Made by a program: the position numbers and the translations under genes
NCBI GenBank assembly: GCA_963797095.1
Contig: CAWCNY010000004.1
Coordinates: forward strand, 224,001-288,000
Reading direction: 5' to 3'
Source: an uncultured Chloroflexia bacterium
Lineage (GTDB): Bacteria; Chloroflexota; Chloroflexia; QHBQ01; JADMIH01
Length of the DNA stretch: 64,000 bases
Shown here: one piece after another, positions 1 through 9,631 of the stretch
Numbering within the stretch: position 1 is the stretch's first letter
How the letters are laid out: each line of letters opens with the position of its first letter
The notes under the pieces: generated by a model
The model's input: only the letters and a program-made list of their open reading frames with translations
The model's database searches: none
Told to the model about the DNA's origin: nothing

Positions 1-634
1 CAAACCGGTGGCTGACCCGGTGAGGGGCAGGCGCGCTCTAACGGTGATGGCAGTAGGGATCGTCGCGTCCTATCTAGTCTATTTCGGCCTGGGATTGCTG
101 GAAAGCATCCAGATACACAACGGACTTACGCCTGCCGAGGCGCGCGAGGCCGTGGCAGGCACAGTGCTGCGTTATGTGCTCTTGATAGGGGCGCAGGGGT
201 TGCTCGGCGTGGGGTATGTGCTCCTATTCAGGCATGTTTCCTCGGAAATTGGTGCGGAGACAATCCGGGCGTATTTCAGCAAGCTGGGCGGGAGAATGGC
301 AAGCGCGCTACGGACGAGCGTACGCGTGCACCCTCGTGCGCGGACCGATTCTCCAGTTGTTGCGCTTCGCAGGGGCATCGCCTCGGCATTGCTGGAGTGT
401 GTGTTCCTCGGCCTGGGGTGGTTTTACAGCGGCAGGCCGTTCATCGGGATAATGATGTTCAGTATTGGCACTATCTACCTGACGATTGTGTATGTAGTAA
501 TCGCAATCGCAGGCAATGGAGGGCCATTCCTTTCGCTCGGTCTGATATATCTCTCAATGGTGCTGGCGAGCGCTATCACGTGCTACCGGACGTATCTTTT
601 CTCGGTGCGCGAGGAAAGACCAGAGCCTGCATAG
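1..634 (+). CDS. Multi-pass membrane protein, 5' end probably outside the window; C-terminal TM2-like segment
   Basis: Frame is open from position 2 to the stop at 634; about 5 hydrophobic helices; C-terminal LLECVFLGLGWFYSGR resembles TM2-domain motifs. Confidence 0.6.
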   Translation, partial: KPVADPVRGRRALTVMAVGIVASYLVYFGLGLLESIQIHNGLTPAEAREAVAGTVLRYVLLIGAQGLLGVGYVLLFRHVSSEIGAETIRAYFSKLGGRMASALRTSVRVHPRARTDSPVVALRRGIASALLECVFLGLGWFYSGRPFIGIMMFSIGTIYLTIVYVVIAIAGNGGPFLSLGLIYLSMVLASAITCYRTYLFSVREERPEPA

Positions 635-719
635 TGACTTTTACTCCGGTTGGGGGAATACACGGGGTGGAAGGAGGTGGGACGCTCAGTAAATTCCTGA
701 CGATTCTGTTCAGATATTA

Positions 720-748
720 TTGACTTCGTGCCTAGGCACGTGTATAAT
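720..748 (+). promoter_or_regulatory. Sigma-70 promoter with a perfect 14-bp palindrome in the spacer
   Basis: TTGACT(720-725)-17bp-TATAAT(743-748); CGTGCCTAGGCACG at 727-740. Confidence 0.75.
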
Positions 749-835
749 CACGCAAATGCCAGGAACGCGCCCATGCTCGAGGCTGTTGGGCAGCGGCTCC
801 GCAATTACCAACTCTTACGCGTGGAGGTGCTAAAA

Positions 836-982
836 ATGGTCCAAGCTTACTGCGTCAAGGATCGAAAGATGGTTGAGATGAAGAATCCGAGGGAGATCAC
901 CCTCAAGAATGGGCGCCCGGCCATGCAAGGCGAGTGCCCGCATTGCGGGACCAAAGTCACCCGCATCGGTAGCAGCAAATAG
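836..982 (+). CDS. DUF5679-type small zinc-ribbon protein (48 aa)
   Basis: MVQAYCVKD...KNGRPAMQGECPHCGTKVTRIG; GGAGG RBS at 823-827 before ATG 836. Confidence 0.85.
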   Translation: MVQAYCVKDRKMVEMKNPREITLKNGRPAMQGECPHCGTKVTRIGSSK

Positions 983-1140
983 GTTGTAGAGCGAGCGCCC
1001 CGATATGGGGCGCTTATCCATCACACTTTTACAACCAAATATGCCCCGATCGGGGCCAGCACTTAACGTGGCTTCCCAGCGTCTACCCCTACGTGGAGTG
1101 GATTTTCGGACGCACATGCAATCACACCTGGAGGGTAGCC

Positions 1141-1524
1141 ATGATACCGGCCAGGCAGTATGCAAGGATCGTTGGATCTCTCATTGTGCTACTTGGAATT
1201 GTTGGTCTGTTTGCGGGCGAAGGCCAACTGTTTGGCCTGATCAACATCGATATTGCTGAAGATATCATCCATCTCGGAACCGGTGGATTGATGGTGTATG
1301 TGGGGTTCGGGCAAAGTGATGTGTCACTGGCTCGTACCGTGGTTGGTGGGCTGGGAGTGATCTACCTGCTGGTGGGAATCGTGGGTTTCATCGACAACAA
1401 TGTATTCGGGCTGTTCCCAAGCGGTTATTCGTTGGCCGATAACATCGTACACCTGTTGCTGGGGCTACTTGGCATCGGGGTTGGGTGGTTGTTGACGAGC
1501 AACACTTCGCAGATGAGTGTATAA
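1141..1524 (+). CDS. DUF4383-like 4-TM membrane protein
   Basis: Repeated DIIHL/DNIVHL motifs and 4 TM segments; GGAGG RBS before ATG 1141. Confidence 0.75.
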   Translation: MIPARQYARIVGSLIVLLGIVGLFAGEGQLFGLINIDIAEDIIHLGTGGLMVYVGFGQSDVSLARTVVGGLGVIYLLVGIVGFIDNNVFGLFPSGYSLADNIVHLLLGLLGIGVGWLLTSNTSQMSV

Positions 1525-1579
1525 TTGGTAGCAAGACTTGTAACCACCAATCACTAAAGGACTACGACCGGGCAATCCG

Positions 1580-2017
1580 ATGGACGACGAAGCTTTCATG
1601 AACCAGATGTTCGCCGCAATCACCGAGGCGGACGTTATCTCGATATTCTTCCCGTTGCTGAGAAGGGCACTGGTGGTCGATATCAGGCATACTGATGAGT
1701 CGCCGCCGGTGGTGTTGGTGATGTCACAAGCATCATCAATGGAAGATAGGATAGCGAGCATCGAGCGTGAGCGGCCCGACCTGGGCAAGATCAGGAGCAT
1801 CCTGGGAGTGCCGTGGTTGAAGTCCGTCCGCACATTGGAAGATGGCGGGGTGGTGGATAGACTGGTGAAGCGGTTGTCGGAGGCGGGGATGCCGCCGGAG
1901 GTGAGCGAGCCGCTTCTGCGAAAAGCTATCAAGTCGCTGTGGGGCATTGAGCGCCTGGCGTTCGTGAGCCTCATACAAGGAGAAGGTTATAAGACGCTCT
2001 GGAACTCCGGGCAATAG
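1580..2017 (+). CDS. Hypothetical cytoplasmic protein
   Basis: 145-aa ORF with globular composition, followed by a terminator hairpin. Confidence 0.7.
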   Translation: MDDEAFMNQMFAAITEADVISIFFPLLRRALVVDIRHTDESPPVVLVMSQASSMEDRIASIERERPDLGKIRSILGVPWLKSVRTLEDGGVVDRLVKRLSEAGMPPEVSEPLLRKAIKSLWGIERLAFVSLIQGEGYKTLWNSGQ

Positions 2018-2035
2018 TAGCGTAAGTTGACACAG

Positions 2036-2068
2036 GGCAAAAACGGCGGCTGAACCGCCGTTTTTGCC
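2036..2068. terminator. Bidirectional intrinsic terminator
   Basis: GGCAAAAACGGCGG-ctgaa-CCGCCGTTTTTGCC between convergent genes. Confidence 0.8.
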
Positions 2069-2078
2069 TTTTCTGTTC

Positions 2079-3572
2079 CTAGAAGATGTCATTGTAGACT
2101 TCATATTTGAAGGGCTGATTGCCTGGGACCGGGGTGGGACCGGGGTAGAGGGTATCGTTGACGGTGCCATAGAGGACCCATATTTTGTTGATGGCGCTGC
2201 TCCAGTACATTTCGCCACGCTGGAAGCGCTGGTAGGCTCCATCGCCGCCCTGCTCAGGGGCTGTAGCCCAGCCAAGGCGCTCGCGCACTTTAGCGCCGGT
2301 GCCCTCGCGCCACACCTTGCCAAAGCCTCTGATTGGCTCGTAGAGACCCTGTGGAGGGGTCAGGCCGCCGCTCACGGGCTGGCCGTCGCGCCAGGTGTCG
2401 TCGAATTGCTGGAGCGTGCCATCGTTGAAGAAGACATAGATGAGGCGCTCCTGAACGTAGGTGGTGCGGCTGATCCAGAGCATCGCGCCGTTCTGGAAGG
2501 GCTGGTAGGCTGTCTGAACGGCGAGTTCATGGTCGAACGGAGGGTACATCTGGGGACAGCCGAGGCCGTTCTGGACGTTGCGGTGATTGGCCCATACCTC
2601 GCCGAAGCCGCGCACAGGAACGCGCTGGCAGGTGAGAGTGGGGAACTCGTAGCGCCATGAGTGGTACTGGGCACCGACGTTGCCCATCTCGACCTTCCAG
2701 CCGTCGGCGTTGGTCGGTGAGTAGGTGAGGATGCGGCGCTGGAATGCCTGGACGAGGATGAGGCGATCCTGGCCGGAAACGCGAATGGTGGTCCAATAGG
2801 GTTCGGATATTGGGAAGCCGAAGGCGGAGACCCAGTTGACTATCTGGTCGTTGACTATGTAGCCGTTCTCATAGACGGGGCCAACTGAGTTGAAGTAGTC
2901 CATGAAGACGGTGGGGATGTTGTGTCCCGTGTCTCCGACATAGTCCGCGCTCTTGATGGCTTCGGGGGCGCGGATGCCTGACATGGGTGTGGCCGCGCCA
3001 CCCTTGTCGATGTAGAGGACGGGCATGATAGTGCCTGCCGAGATGGGGCCGGCGCGGTTCTCTTTGCCGGGAAGGCCGACGGAGGCGACGTTCTGGAGGG
3101 CGGCATAGGTGGGAGCGTCGGAGCCGTCGTCGCCTGCAATACGGGTATCGTTGGGAACGCTGAGGTCGAAGCTATTGACGCCTGTCTGGATCTTGCCGCT
3201 GATCATTTCGACTACGAGGAGGCCGTTGGTGACGTAGAAGGGGTCGTTTGGATTGGCATTGGGGTTGTTGATCTCCATGCGGGCTTTGTCGAAGTACTGG
3301 ACCAGGTGCCGGCCTCCCTGACCTTCCTTGAAGGGTTCCTGAAGGGATTTGCCGGGGGTCGGGCCCCAAACCCAGGTGCGGGCTACTTTGCCTTCGGCCA
3401 CGGGGGCATCAGTGCGCTGCCAGATGGTGCGGAAGGCGGGATTGGCGAAGGCGTCGGTCTGGGCTGAGGCGCTGCCTATGGGGGCTATCAGTCCGGAGGC
3501 GACTATTGCGAAGGATGCGGCCCATGCGAGGGATGCTCGCGGGAGGCTTATGCGGTGATGGGTTGATTTCAT
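2079..3572 (-). CDS. Secreted/cell-surface protein with Chloroflexi-type repeats
   Basis: Signal peptide ending ASA-Q; FANPAF..W.RTD, VQYFDKARME, G.PISEPYW and VEMGNVG motifs; two P(V/I)RGFG.VW repeats. Confidence 0.8.
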   Translation of the reverse strand: MKSTHHRISLPRASLAWAASFAIVASGLIAPIGSASAQTDAFANPAFRTIWQRTDAPVAEGKVARTWVWGPTPGKSLQEPFKEGQGGRHLVQYFDKARMEINNPNANPNDPFYVTNGLLVVEMISGKIQTGVNSFDLSVPNDTRIAGDDGSDAPTYAALQNVASVGLPGKENRAGPISAGTIMPVLYIDKGGAATPMSGIRAPEAIKSADYVGDTGHNIPTVFMDYFNSVGPVYENGYIVNDQIVNWVSAFGFPISEPYWTTIRVSGQDRLILVQAFQRRILTYSPTNADGWKVEMGNVGAQYHSWRYEFPTLTCQRVPVRGFGEVWANHRNVQNGLGCPQMYPPFDHELAVQTAYQPFQNGAMLWISRTTYVQERLIYVFFNDGTLQQFDDTWRDGQPVSGGLTPPQGLYEPIRGFGKVWREGTGAKVRERLGWATAPEQGGDGAYQRFQRGEMYWSSAINKIWVLYGTVNDTLYPGPTPVPGNQPFKYEVYNDIF

Positions 3573-3710
3573 GTCTATTTCCTACCTCTCATAGCTCGTT
3601 CGATTGTATACGCAGTCCGCCCTTACCTGGTGGTTGTGCACAACTTGCTTCTATCAACTTGCTTCTATTATTGAAACGAGTTTGGTTGTGGAGGGTTGCG
3701 GATGGGAAGG

Positions 3711-3860
3711 GTGACGAGTGACGAGTGACGAGTGGGTAGTTGGGTTTTCTTGTACACGAAGGGGCGAAGAGTTGGCGAAGGGCACGAAGGTTTTTGTAGT
3801 GGGGAGTGCGGAGTGCGGAGTGCGGAGTGTGGAGTGTGGAATGCGGTATGCGGAGTGCGG
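3711..3860 (+). repeat. Composite short tandem repeat (GTGACGA x3; CGAAG-rich unit; GAGTGYG x8)
   Basis: Direct reading of intergenic DNA; 3741-3790 resembles the reverse complement of 53641-53690. Confidence 0.8.
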
Positions 3861-3906
3861 AGGTTCGAGGTGGGGGGTGGGGAGGTCGAGGTGTGGGATG
3901 GTGGGG

Positions 3907-4737
3907 CTAGATTACGATTGCAAGGAGGCCATCCAGGTCGAAGGTGCGCATGTGGATGAGTTCTTGGGGGGTTGGTTGGGGAGTGGTGGGAATATCGCTT
4001 TCGGGGAGGATCAGGTCGAAGGCTGTGTTGTCCTGTAACTCTTGCAGGGACGTGCCTGGGTGGAGGCTTTGGAGGCGCATCTGACCTGCCGGAGTGAAGT
4101 CAAGGAGGGCTAAGGGGGTTATTACCAGCTCCGGGCCTTTGCCGCTGGGATCGGGGTTGGTGGGCCAACCAGCGAGACTGGTGAAATCTACCGTGGGTAC
4201 GAATACTCGTCTTGTGTGGGTGGTGGTGTAGAGGATTGTGCGGCGGGCACGGCTTGCCCAGGGGGTGCCTGCGGAGCCGGGGCCTCGGAGTTTGGGGGCG
4301 TGGTGATCGCCGACGGTGACCAGATTGCAGTTGCCGCGCTGATCGATCTGGATGCCGCCCGCGAAGAAGACGTCGGCGCGACCGCCCAGTACCATCAAGA
4401 GCACGTCATCGAAGGGGAGAACGGCCTCGGCTACAAGGTTGGCGTAGTCGCCTGAGGATGGGGCGAGCGGGTCGAGGAGGGGATTGACGCCGCCGCTGGC
4501 CCCGGCGACTATGGAGAGGTTGGGGGCGTGGGTGAGCTGGGCTAGGCGGGCGCCCGCAATGGGGATCAGGGGGTTGGCACCTATGAAGAGGGTTTCGCTA
4601 TCGTGGAGGGCGTGTGAGATGGCGGCGGCCATGATGTGGCCGCGTGAGATGCCCTGGTTATCGTCATCGCCGGGGCGTTTGAAGAAGACGAGAGGATCGG
4701 AGCCGGGGCGCAGGTTGGCCTTGTAGTCATCGCTCAT
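3907..4737 (-). CDS. Family I CoA-transferase beta subunit (GctB/IpdB-like)
   Basis: THAPNL, GGIQIDQRGNCN, RGPGSAG and FVPTVDFTS motifs; ATGA overlap with the alpha subunit. Confidence 0.85.
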   Translation of the reverse strand: MSDDYKANLRPGSDPLVFFKRPGDDDNQGISRGHIMAAAISHALHDSETLFIGANPLIPIAGARLAQLTHAPNLSIVAGASGGVNPLLDPLAPSSGDYANLVAEAVLPFDDVLLMVLGGRADVFFAGGIQIDQRGNCNLVTVGDHHAPKLRGPGSAGTPWASRARRTILYTTTHTRRVFVPTVDFTSLAGWPTNPDPSGKGPELVITPLALLDFTPAGQMRLQSLHPGTSLQELQDNTAFDLILPESDIPTTPQPTPQELIHMRTFDLDGLLAIVI

Positions 4738-5639
4738 CCGAAAAGCCCCCAATCCTGGTTCTGTACTTTACGCATGTAGTCCTCCTGGTCGAGGGGGTCC
4801 ATTACGAAACGCTGGAGGTAATCGGCGAAGCCTTCCTCGGTGGAGGCGGAGTCGATGTAGAGGCGAAGGTGAACATCGTCGTAGTTGTAATAGCGGTGGG
4901 AGGAGCAGGGGTGACAGCCGAAGGTGACGGGTATGACGGCGGTGACACACAGGGCGGGGATACCCGTTTGGAGGGGGTAGCGGAGCACCTGGTCGTTGCT
5001 GATTACGCTTTCGACCTGTAGGAGGACGGTATCGGAGGCGAGGGCGACCAGATGGTCGGAGAATTGGCTGCCTTTGTAGATGCCGTTGCCGAATTCGTCG
5101 GCTTGCTGGCAGTGGAGGAGGGCGACGGAGGGTTTGATTGCCTGGATTGCGGGGAAGGTGTCGCCTGTGAAGGGGTCGGCGACCTGACGGTAGTAATCGG
5201 GGGAGGTGGAGAGCAGGTGGGTGGATTCGAGGCCATGAGGGAGAGGGGCGAAGGGCTGGCCCGCCATACCTGCCCGGAGGGCTAGCAGGAGGCTGCCAGG
5301 CTCGGCCTCAATGAATTGGATTGTGCTGCCTTTTTCGGCCAGCCGGCGGAAGACCGGGGCTAGTCCTAGCTGCTCGAAGCCTATGTAGCCTATTATTACG
5401 CGGTCGATGAGGCTCGCGCCCATGAGGAGGTCGGCGGCGAGGGAGGATGAGGGGGCGGCATAGAAGGTTTCGAAGTGTTTGTGTTGGCGGATGCACTCGC
5501 GGACCAGGGCCATCGGGACGTTGTGCATGTGCATGCCGCCTACCCAGAGGGATTCGGATTTGTCCGGGATGTGGGTGGCTACTGCCTGTTCTATGTCGGT
5601 TACTTTGGAGGTTCGCTTGGGCGTGGGGGTTTCTTGCAT
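4734..5639 (-). CDS. Family I CoA-transferase alpha subunit (GctA/IpdA-like)
   Basis: PMALVRE, LRAGMAGQPF, DPFTG, LHCQQADEFGN and GCHPCS motifs. Confidence 0.85.
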   Translation of the reverse strand: MQETPTPKRTSKVTDIEQAVATHIPDKSESLWVGGMHMHNVPMALVRECIRQHKHFETFYAAPSSSLAADLLMGASLIDRVIIGYIGFEQLGLAPVFRRLAEKGSTIQFIEAEPGSLLLALRAGMAGQPFAPLPHGLESTHLLSTSPDYYRQVADPFTGDTFPAIQAIKPSVALLHCQQADEFGNGIYKGSQFSDHLVALASDTVLLQVESVISNDQVLRYPLQTGIPALCVTAVIPVTFGCHPCSSHRYYNYDDVHLRLYIDSASTEEGFADYLQRFVMDPLDQEDYMRKVQNQDWGLFG

Positions 5640-5687
5640 GGTAGGTCTATTATACACAGCTATATACAGCAGTTGGGCTGGCGAACG

Positions 5688-5817
5688 CCCCACCCCAACC
5701 CCTCCCCAAGATTTGGGGGGCTTTCAAAAATAGGCAAAAATGGCGGCGAAGCCGCCATTTTTGCCTATTTTTGAAGTAGATTGCACGCATGCGAAGCTAC
5801 ATCTAGAATTTGGGATG
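5688..5817 (+). repeat. Partial copy of MITE-like family A
   Basis: CCCCACCCCAACCCCTCCCCAA..TTGGGG, AAAATGGCGGC..GCCGCCATTTT hairpin and TTGCACGCNTGCGAAGCT..GGGATG are shared with 8615-8704 and 33619-33800. Confidence 0.8.
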
Positions 5818-5862
5818 TTTTAGGTTTTTTAGTGATCCGGCTTGGATTGTGGGACAGCTTTG

Positions 5863-8472
5863 TTAGCTGACGCTTGCGGGTTCGGTTTGGTGGGTGCGGA
5901 CGGGTTCTATGATGATGTGACCGCCTTTGGCGTCGAGTTGAACCGTGTCGCCGTCGTGGATGGTGCCGTCAATCAGCTTGATCGCCAGAGGGTCTAGGAG
6001 GCGGCGCTGGATCACTCTCTTGAGGGGGCGTGCACCGTAGACGGGATCGAAGCCTTCGTTGCCGAGGAAGTCCATCGCATCTGAACTGATTTCGAGTGTG
6101 ATGTGTCGCTCTTCTAGGCGGCGGCGCACGGTGGCGAGTTGAAGCTCAACGATCTGGCGTAGCTCTGCGCGCGTTAGCTGCTTGAAGATTACGGTTTCGT
6201 CTATGCGGTTGAGGAACTCAGGACGGAAGGCTTCATGCAGGGCTTCGTTGACGCGGCGGCGCATCTCGGCGTCCTGGGTTGGATCAAGCTCGGAGATGTG
6301 CTGCGAGCCGATATTGGAGGTCATAATGATGATGGTGTTTTTGAAGTCGACGGTGCGGCCCTGGGAGTCGGTCAGGCGGCCATCATCGAGGATCTGTAGG
6401 AGGACGTTGAAGACATCGGGGTGGGCTTTCTCGATTTCATCGAAGAGGACAACTGAGTAGGGTCTGCGGCGCACAGGTTCGCTTAGCTGGCCGCCTTCTT
6501 CGTAGCCTACGTAGCCGGGAGGGGCCCCTATGAGGCGGGAGACGGCGAACTTCTCCATGTACTCGGACATGTCGATGCGGATCATGGCATTTTCGTCGTC
6601 AAAGAGATATTCGGCGAGGGCACGCGCTAGCTCGGTCTTGCCGACGCCGGTGGGACCGAGGAAGAGGAAGGAGCCGAGGGGGCGGTTGGGGTCCTGGAGA
6701 CCGGCGCGGGCGCGGCGGACAGCGTTGGCGACGGCCGTGATGGCTTCGTCCTGCCCGATGACGCGGAGATGAAGGCGCTCTTCCATCTTGAGGAGCTTGG
6801 CTAGCTCGCCTTCGAGCATGCGCTCGACGGGCACGCCGGTCCAACGGCTGACCACGGCGGCTATGTCGTCGCTGTCTACTTCTTCTTTAAGGAGGCGCTG
6901 GCCGCTGGTGGTTCTGCCTTCCAGTTCCTGGAGGCGGGTTTCAAGCTCGCGAAGCTCGCCATACTGGATCTGAGAGGCGCGGGCGAAATCGGCGTTTCGC
7001 TGGGCGCGCTCTAGTTCGGCATTGGCCTGCTCGATCTTCTCCTTGATGTCGCGCACGCTTTTGAGGGCATCGCGCTCGGACTGCCAGCGGGAGCGTAACT
7101 CGCGGGCTTGCTCTTCTAGGTTGGCGATCTCCTTGTTGATCTTTTCGAGGCGCTCTTTGCTGGCCTGATCTTTTTCCTTGCGGAGAGCTTCGCGCTCGAT
7201 TTGCAACTGCATGGTGCGGCGCTCGACCTCGTCGAGGGCGACCGGCATGCTTTCGGCCTCCATCCGTAGGCGGGCGGCGGCCTCGTCTACGAGGTCGATG
7301 GCTTTGTCGGGGAGGAAGCGGTCGGTGATATAGCGGTTGGAGAGGACGGCTGCGGCGACGAGAGCGCCATCGGTGATGCGCACGCCGTGGTGGACTTCGT
7401 AGCGCTCGCGGAGGCCGCGCAGGATGGAGATCGTTTCGTCTACGGTGGGTTCGTCTACCAGGACGGGCTGGAAGCGGCGCTCCAGGGCGGGGTCTTTCTC
7501 GATGTGTTTGCGGTACTCGTCGAGGGTGGTGGCGCCGATGGCGTGTAGCTCGCCACGGGCAAGCATGGGCTTGAGCATATTGGAGGCGTCCATCGCGCCT
7601 TCTGCGGCTCCCGCGCCAATAACGGTATGTAGCTCGTCTATGAAGACGATGATCTCGCCTTCGGATTCGGCGATCTCTTTGAGGACTGCTTTGAGGCGTT
7701 CCTCGAATTCGCCACGGTACTTGGCACCTGCCACCATGCTGCCGAGGTCAAGGGCGACCAGACGGCGGTTCTTGAGACCTTCGGGCACGTCGCCTCGCAC
7801 TATGCGGACGGCCAGGCCCTCGGCAATGGCTGTCTTGCCTACGCCAGGCTCACCGATGAGGACGGGGTTGTTCTTGGTGCGGCGGAGGAGAACCTGGATT
7901 ACGCGGCGGATCTCATCGTCGCGGCCAATTACGGGGTCGAGCTTGTTCTTGCGGGCAAGCTCCGTGAGGTCGCGACCGTAGCGTTCGAGGGCGGCGTATT
8001 TGCCTTCGGGGTTGGGGTCGGTGACGCGCTGTTTGCCCCTGATCTGGGTGAGGGCGTTGAGGATTTTGTCGCGGGTGACGCCCAGGTCGCGTAGGATCTT
8101 GGAGGCGGTTGATTTGTCGGAGTCGTCGGCGAGGGCAAGAAGGAGGTGCTCGGTGCTGACGTAGTCGTCCTTCATGGAGGTTGAGGTGCTTTCGGCGCGT
8201 TTGCCCACGTCATTGAGGGCACCTGAGAGGTAGGATTGGGACGAGCCGTAGACTTTGGGGACGGCGTCCAGGGCGGAGCGGACGCGCTCCATGAGTGCGC
8301 CGAGGTCTATGCCCATGCGGGTCAGGAGTTGGGGGACGACGCCTTCAGGCTGCTCGGCGAGGGCGGCGAGAAGGTGGATCGGCTCGATCTGATTGTGGTT
8401 GGAGTCTTCGGCTATCTGGCGGGCTGTAAGGACAGCCTCCTGTGCTTTTTCTGTATATTTTTGTAGGTTCAT
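5863..8472 (-). CDS. clpB: ATP-dependent chaperone ClpB
   Basis: Two AAA+ modules ([16 protein letters not shown]), coiled-coil M domain, [25 protein letters not shown]; GGAGGT RBS before ATG 8472. Confidence 0.97.
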   Translation of the reverse strand: MNLQKYTEKAQEAVLTARQIAEDSNHNQIEPIHLLAALAEQPEGVVPQLLTRMGIDLGALMERVRSALDAVPKVYGSSQSYLSGALNDVGKRAESTSTSMKDDYVSTEHLLLALADDSDKSTASKILRDLGVTRDKILNALTQIRGKQRVTDPNPEGKYAALERYGRDLTELARKNKLDPVIGRDDEIRRVIQVLLRRTKNNPVLIGEPGVGKTAIAEGLAVRIVRGDVPEGLKNRRLVALDLGSMVAGAKYRGEFEERLKAVLKEIAESEGEIIVFIDELHTVIGAGAAEGAMDASNMLKPMLARGELHAIGATTLDEYRKHIEKDPALERRFQPVLVDEPTVDETISILRGLRERYEVHHGVRITDGALVAAAVLSNRYITDRFLPDKAIDLVDEAAARLRMEAESMPVALDEVERRTMQLQIEREALRKEKDQASKERLEKINKEIANLEEQARELRSRWQSERDALKSVRDIKEKIEQANAELERAQRNADFARASQIQYGELRELETRLQELEGRTTSGQRLLKEEVDSDDIAAVVSRWTGVPVERMLEGELAKLLKMEERLHLRVIGQDEAITAVANAVRRARAGLQDPNRPLGSFLFLGPTGVGKTELARALAEYLFDDENAMIRIDMSEYMEKFAVSRLIGAPPGYVGYEEGGQLSEPVRRRPYSVVLFDEIEKAHPDVFNVLLQILDDGRLTDSQGRTVDFKNTIIIMTSNIGSQHISELDPTQDAEMRRRVNEALHEAFRPEFLNRIDETVIFKQLTRAELRQIVELQLATVRRRLEERHITLEISSDAMDFLGNEGFDPVYGARPLKRVIQRRLLDPLAIKLIDGTIHDGDTVQLDAKGGHIIIEPVRTHQTEPASVS

Positions 8473-8515
8473 AGGGGATTGGACCTCCGAAAGGTGAGGT
8501 AGTTTGATATGATCT

Positions 8516-8547
8516 ATTGTACCATAGTTGAGTATGGTGTTGTCAAG
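8516..8547 (-). promoter_or_regulatory. clpB promoter overlapped by a HAIR-like (HspR) operator
   Basis: Minus strand TTGACA ... TGgTACAAT (extended -10); GTTGAGT-N7-TGTCAAG at 8527-8547 vs consensus CTTGAGT-N7-ACTCAAG. Confidence 0.6.
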
Positions 8548-8614
8548 GTTTGGGTTGGCTTTGACAAAACCTATCTTCAAGTTCCTTGGGAATAGAAAGG
8601 TGAAAGTTCTCAAA

Positions 8615-8704
8615 GACCCCACCCCAACCCCTCCCCAAATCTTGGGGAGGGGCTTTCTAGAAAGAGCTTGCACGCCTGCGAAGCTGCAACTGATATTCGG
8701 GATG
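8615..8704 (+). repeat. Partial copy of MITE-like family A (lacks the central hairpin)
   Basis: Shares the CCCCTCCCCAAA..TTGGGGAGG hairpin and the TTGCACGCCTGCGAAGCTG..ATTCGGGATG end with the other copies. Confidence 0.8.
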
Positions 8705-8814
8705 GCTCATGTCTTAAAGCCGGAGCTTACGCGTGCGAATCTGAAGCGTGCAGTCGTGGCAATCGATACTCAGGCGGAGTTTTGCCGATCAATCTTGGGC
8801 CAGGAAATCTTGGG

Positions 8815-9549
8815 CTACACTTTCAGGGCTTCTTTTTGGAGTTGTAGGAGTTGGCCTATGCCTTTGTTGGCCAGGGAGAGTAGGTCTTCCAGTTCTTCGC
8901 GGGAGAAGGGTTTGCGCTCGGCTGTGGCCTGGACTTCTACCAGGTAGCCTGCTTCGGTCATTACTACGTTGCAGTCGGCCTGAGCGCGGCTGTCTTCGCT
9001 GTAGTTGAGGTCTAGCATGGGGACGCCGTCGATGATGCCTACGCTGATGGCGGCCAAAAGCTGGCGGAGAATGGGAGGGCCGTTGCGTGGGAGGACGTTG
9101 TTGGCTTTGAGCTTGTTGATGGCGAGGCCGAGGGTCACGATTGCGCCGGTGATTGAGGCGGTGCGCGTGCCGCCGTCGGCCTCGATTACATCGCAATCGA
9201 CGGTGACGGTGCGCTCGCCGAGGGCGGAGAGGTCTACGACGGCGCGAAGGGAGCGACCTATGAGGCGCTGGATCTCCTGGGTGCGGCCCTGGGGACGGCT
9301 GCCGGCAGTTTCGCGCTGGCTGCGGGTGGGGGTAGAGGAGGGGAGCATGGAGTATTCGGCGGTGACCCAGCCCTTGCGGGTTCCGACCATCCAGCCTGGG
9401 ACTTTTTCATCGACGCTGGCGGCGCAGATTACTCGGGTGCGGCCACATTCGATGAGAACGGAGCCTGCGGGGAATTGCTGGAAGTTGGGGGTGATCTTGA
9501 CGGGCCTCAATTCGTCAGTACGTCTGCCGTCGATGCGTTCGATGTTCAA
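8815..9549 (-). CDS. rph: Ribonuclease PH
   Basis: RIDGR..DELRP, GWVTAEYSMLP, RTQEIQRLIGRSLR, ADGGTRTASITG; TTG start with AGGAG RBS. Confidence 0.97.
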   Translation of the reverse strand: MNIERIDGRRTDELRPVKITPNFQQFPAGSVLIECGRTRVICAASVDEKVPGWMVGTRKGWVTAEYSMLPSSTPTRSQRETAGSRPQGRTQEIQRLIGRSLRAVVDLSALGERTVTVDCDVIEADGGTRTASITGAIVTLGLAINKLKANNVLPRNGPPILRQLLAAISVGIIDGVPMLDLNYSEDSRAQADCNVVMTEAGYLVEVQATAERKPFSREELEDLLSLANKGIGQLLQLQKEALKV

Positions 9550-9563
9550 TTTGGACTCCTTAT

Positions 9564-9607
9564 TGTGTAGAAGTTTGGATGGTCACTGTGTAGAAGTTTG
9601 GATGGTC
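9564..9607. repeat. Perfect 21-bp direct repeat x2 (period 23)
   Basis: TGTGTAGAAGTTTGGATGGTC at 9564-9584 and 9587-9607. Confidence 0.9.
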
Positions 9608-9631
9608 TGCCGGCGGGCAGGGTTGGCGAAC

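Noticed and set aside
3718-4038. ORFs with ECGVRS repeats
   Set aside because: Translation of the heptamer tandem repeat
8473-8673. N-terminal extension of the ClpB ORF (936 aa call)
   Set aside because: Runs through the promoter and repeat family A; the RBS supports ATG 8472
9564-9607. Possible mini CRISPR array
   Set aside because: Only two units with a 2-bp spacer and no cas genes
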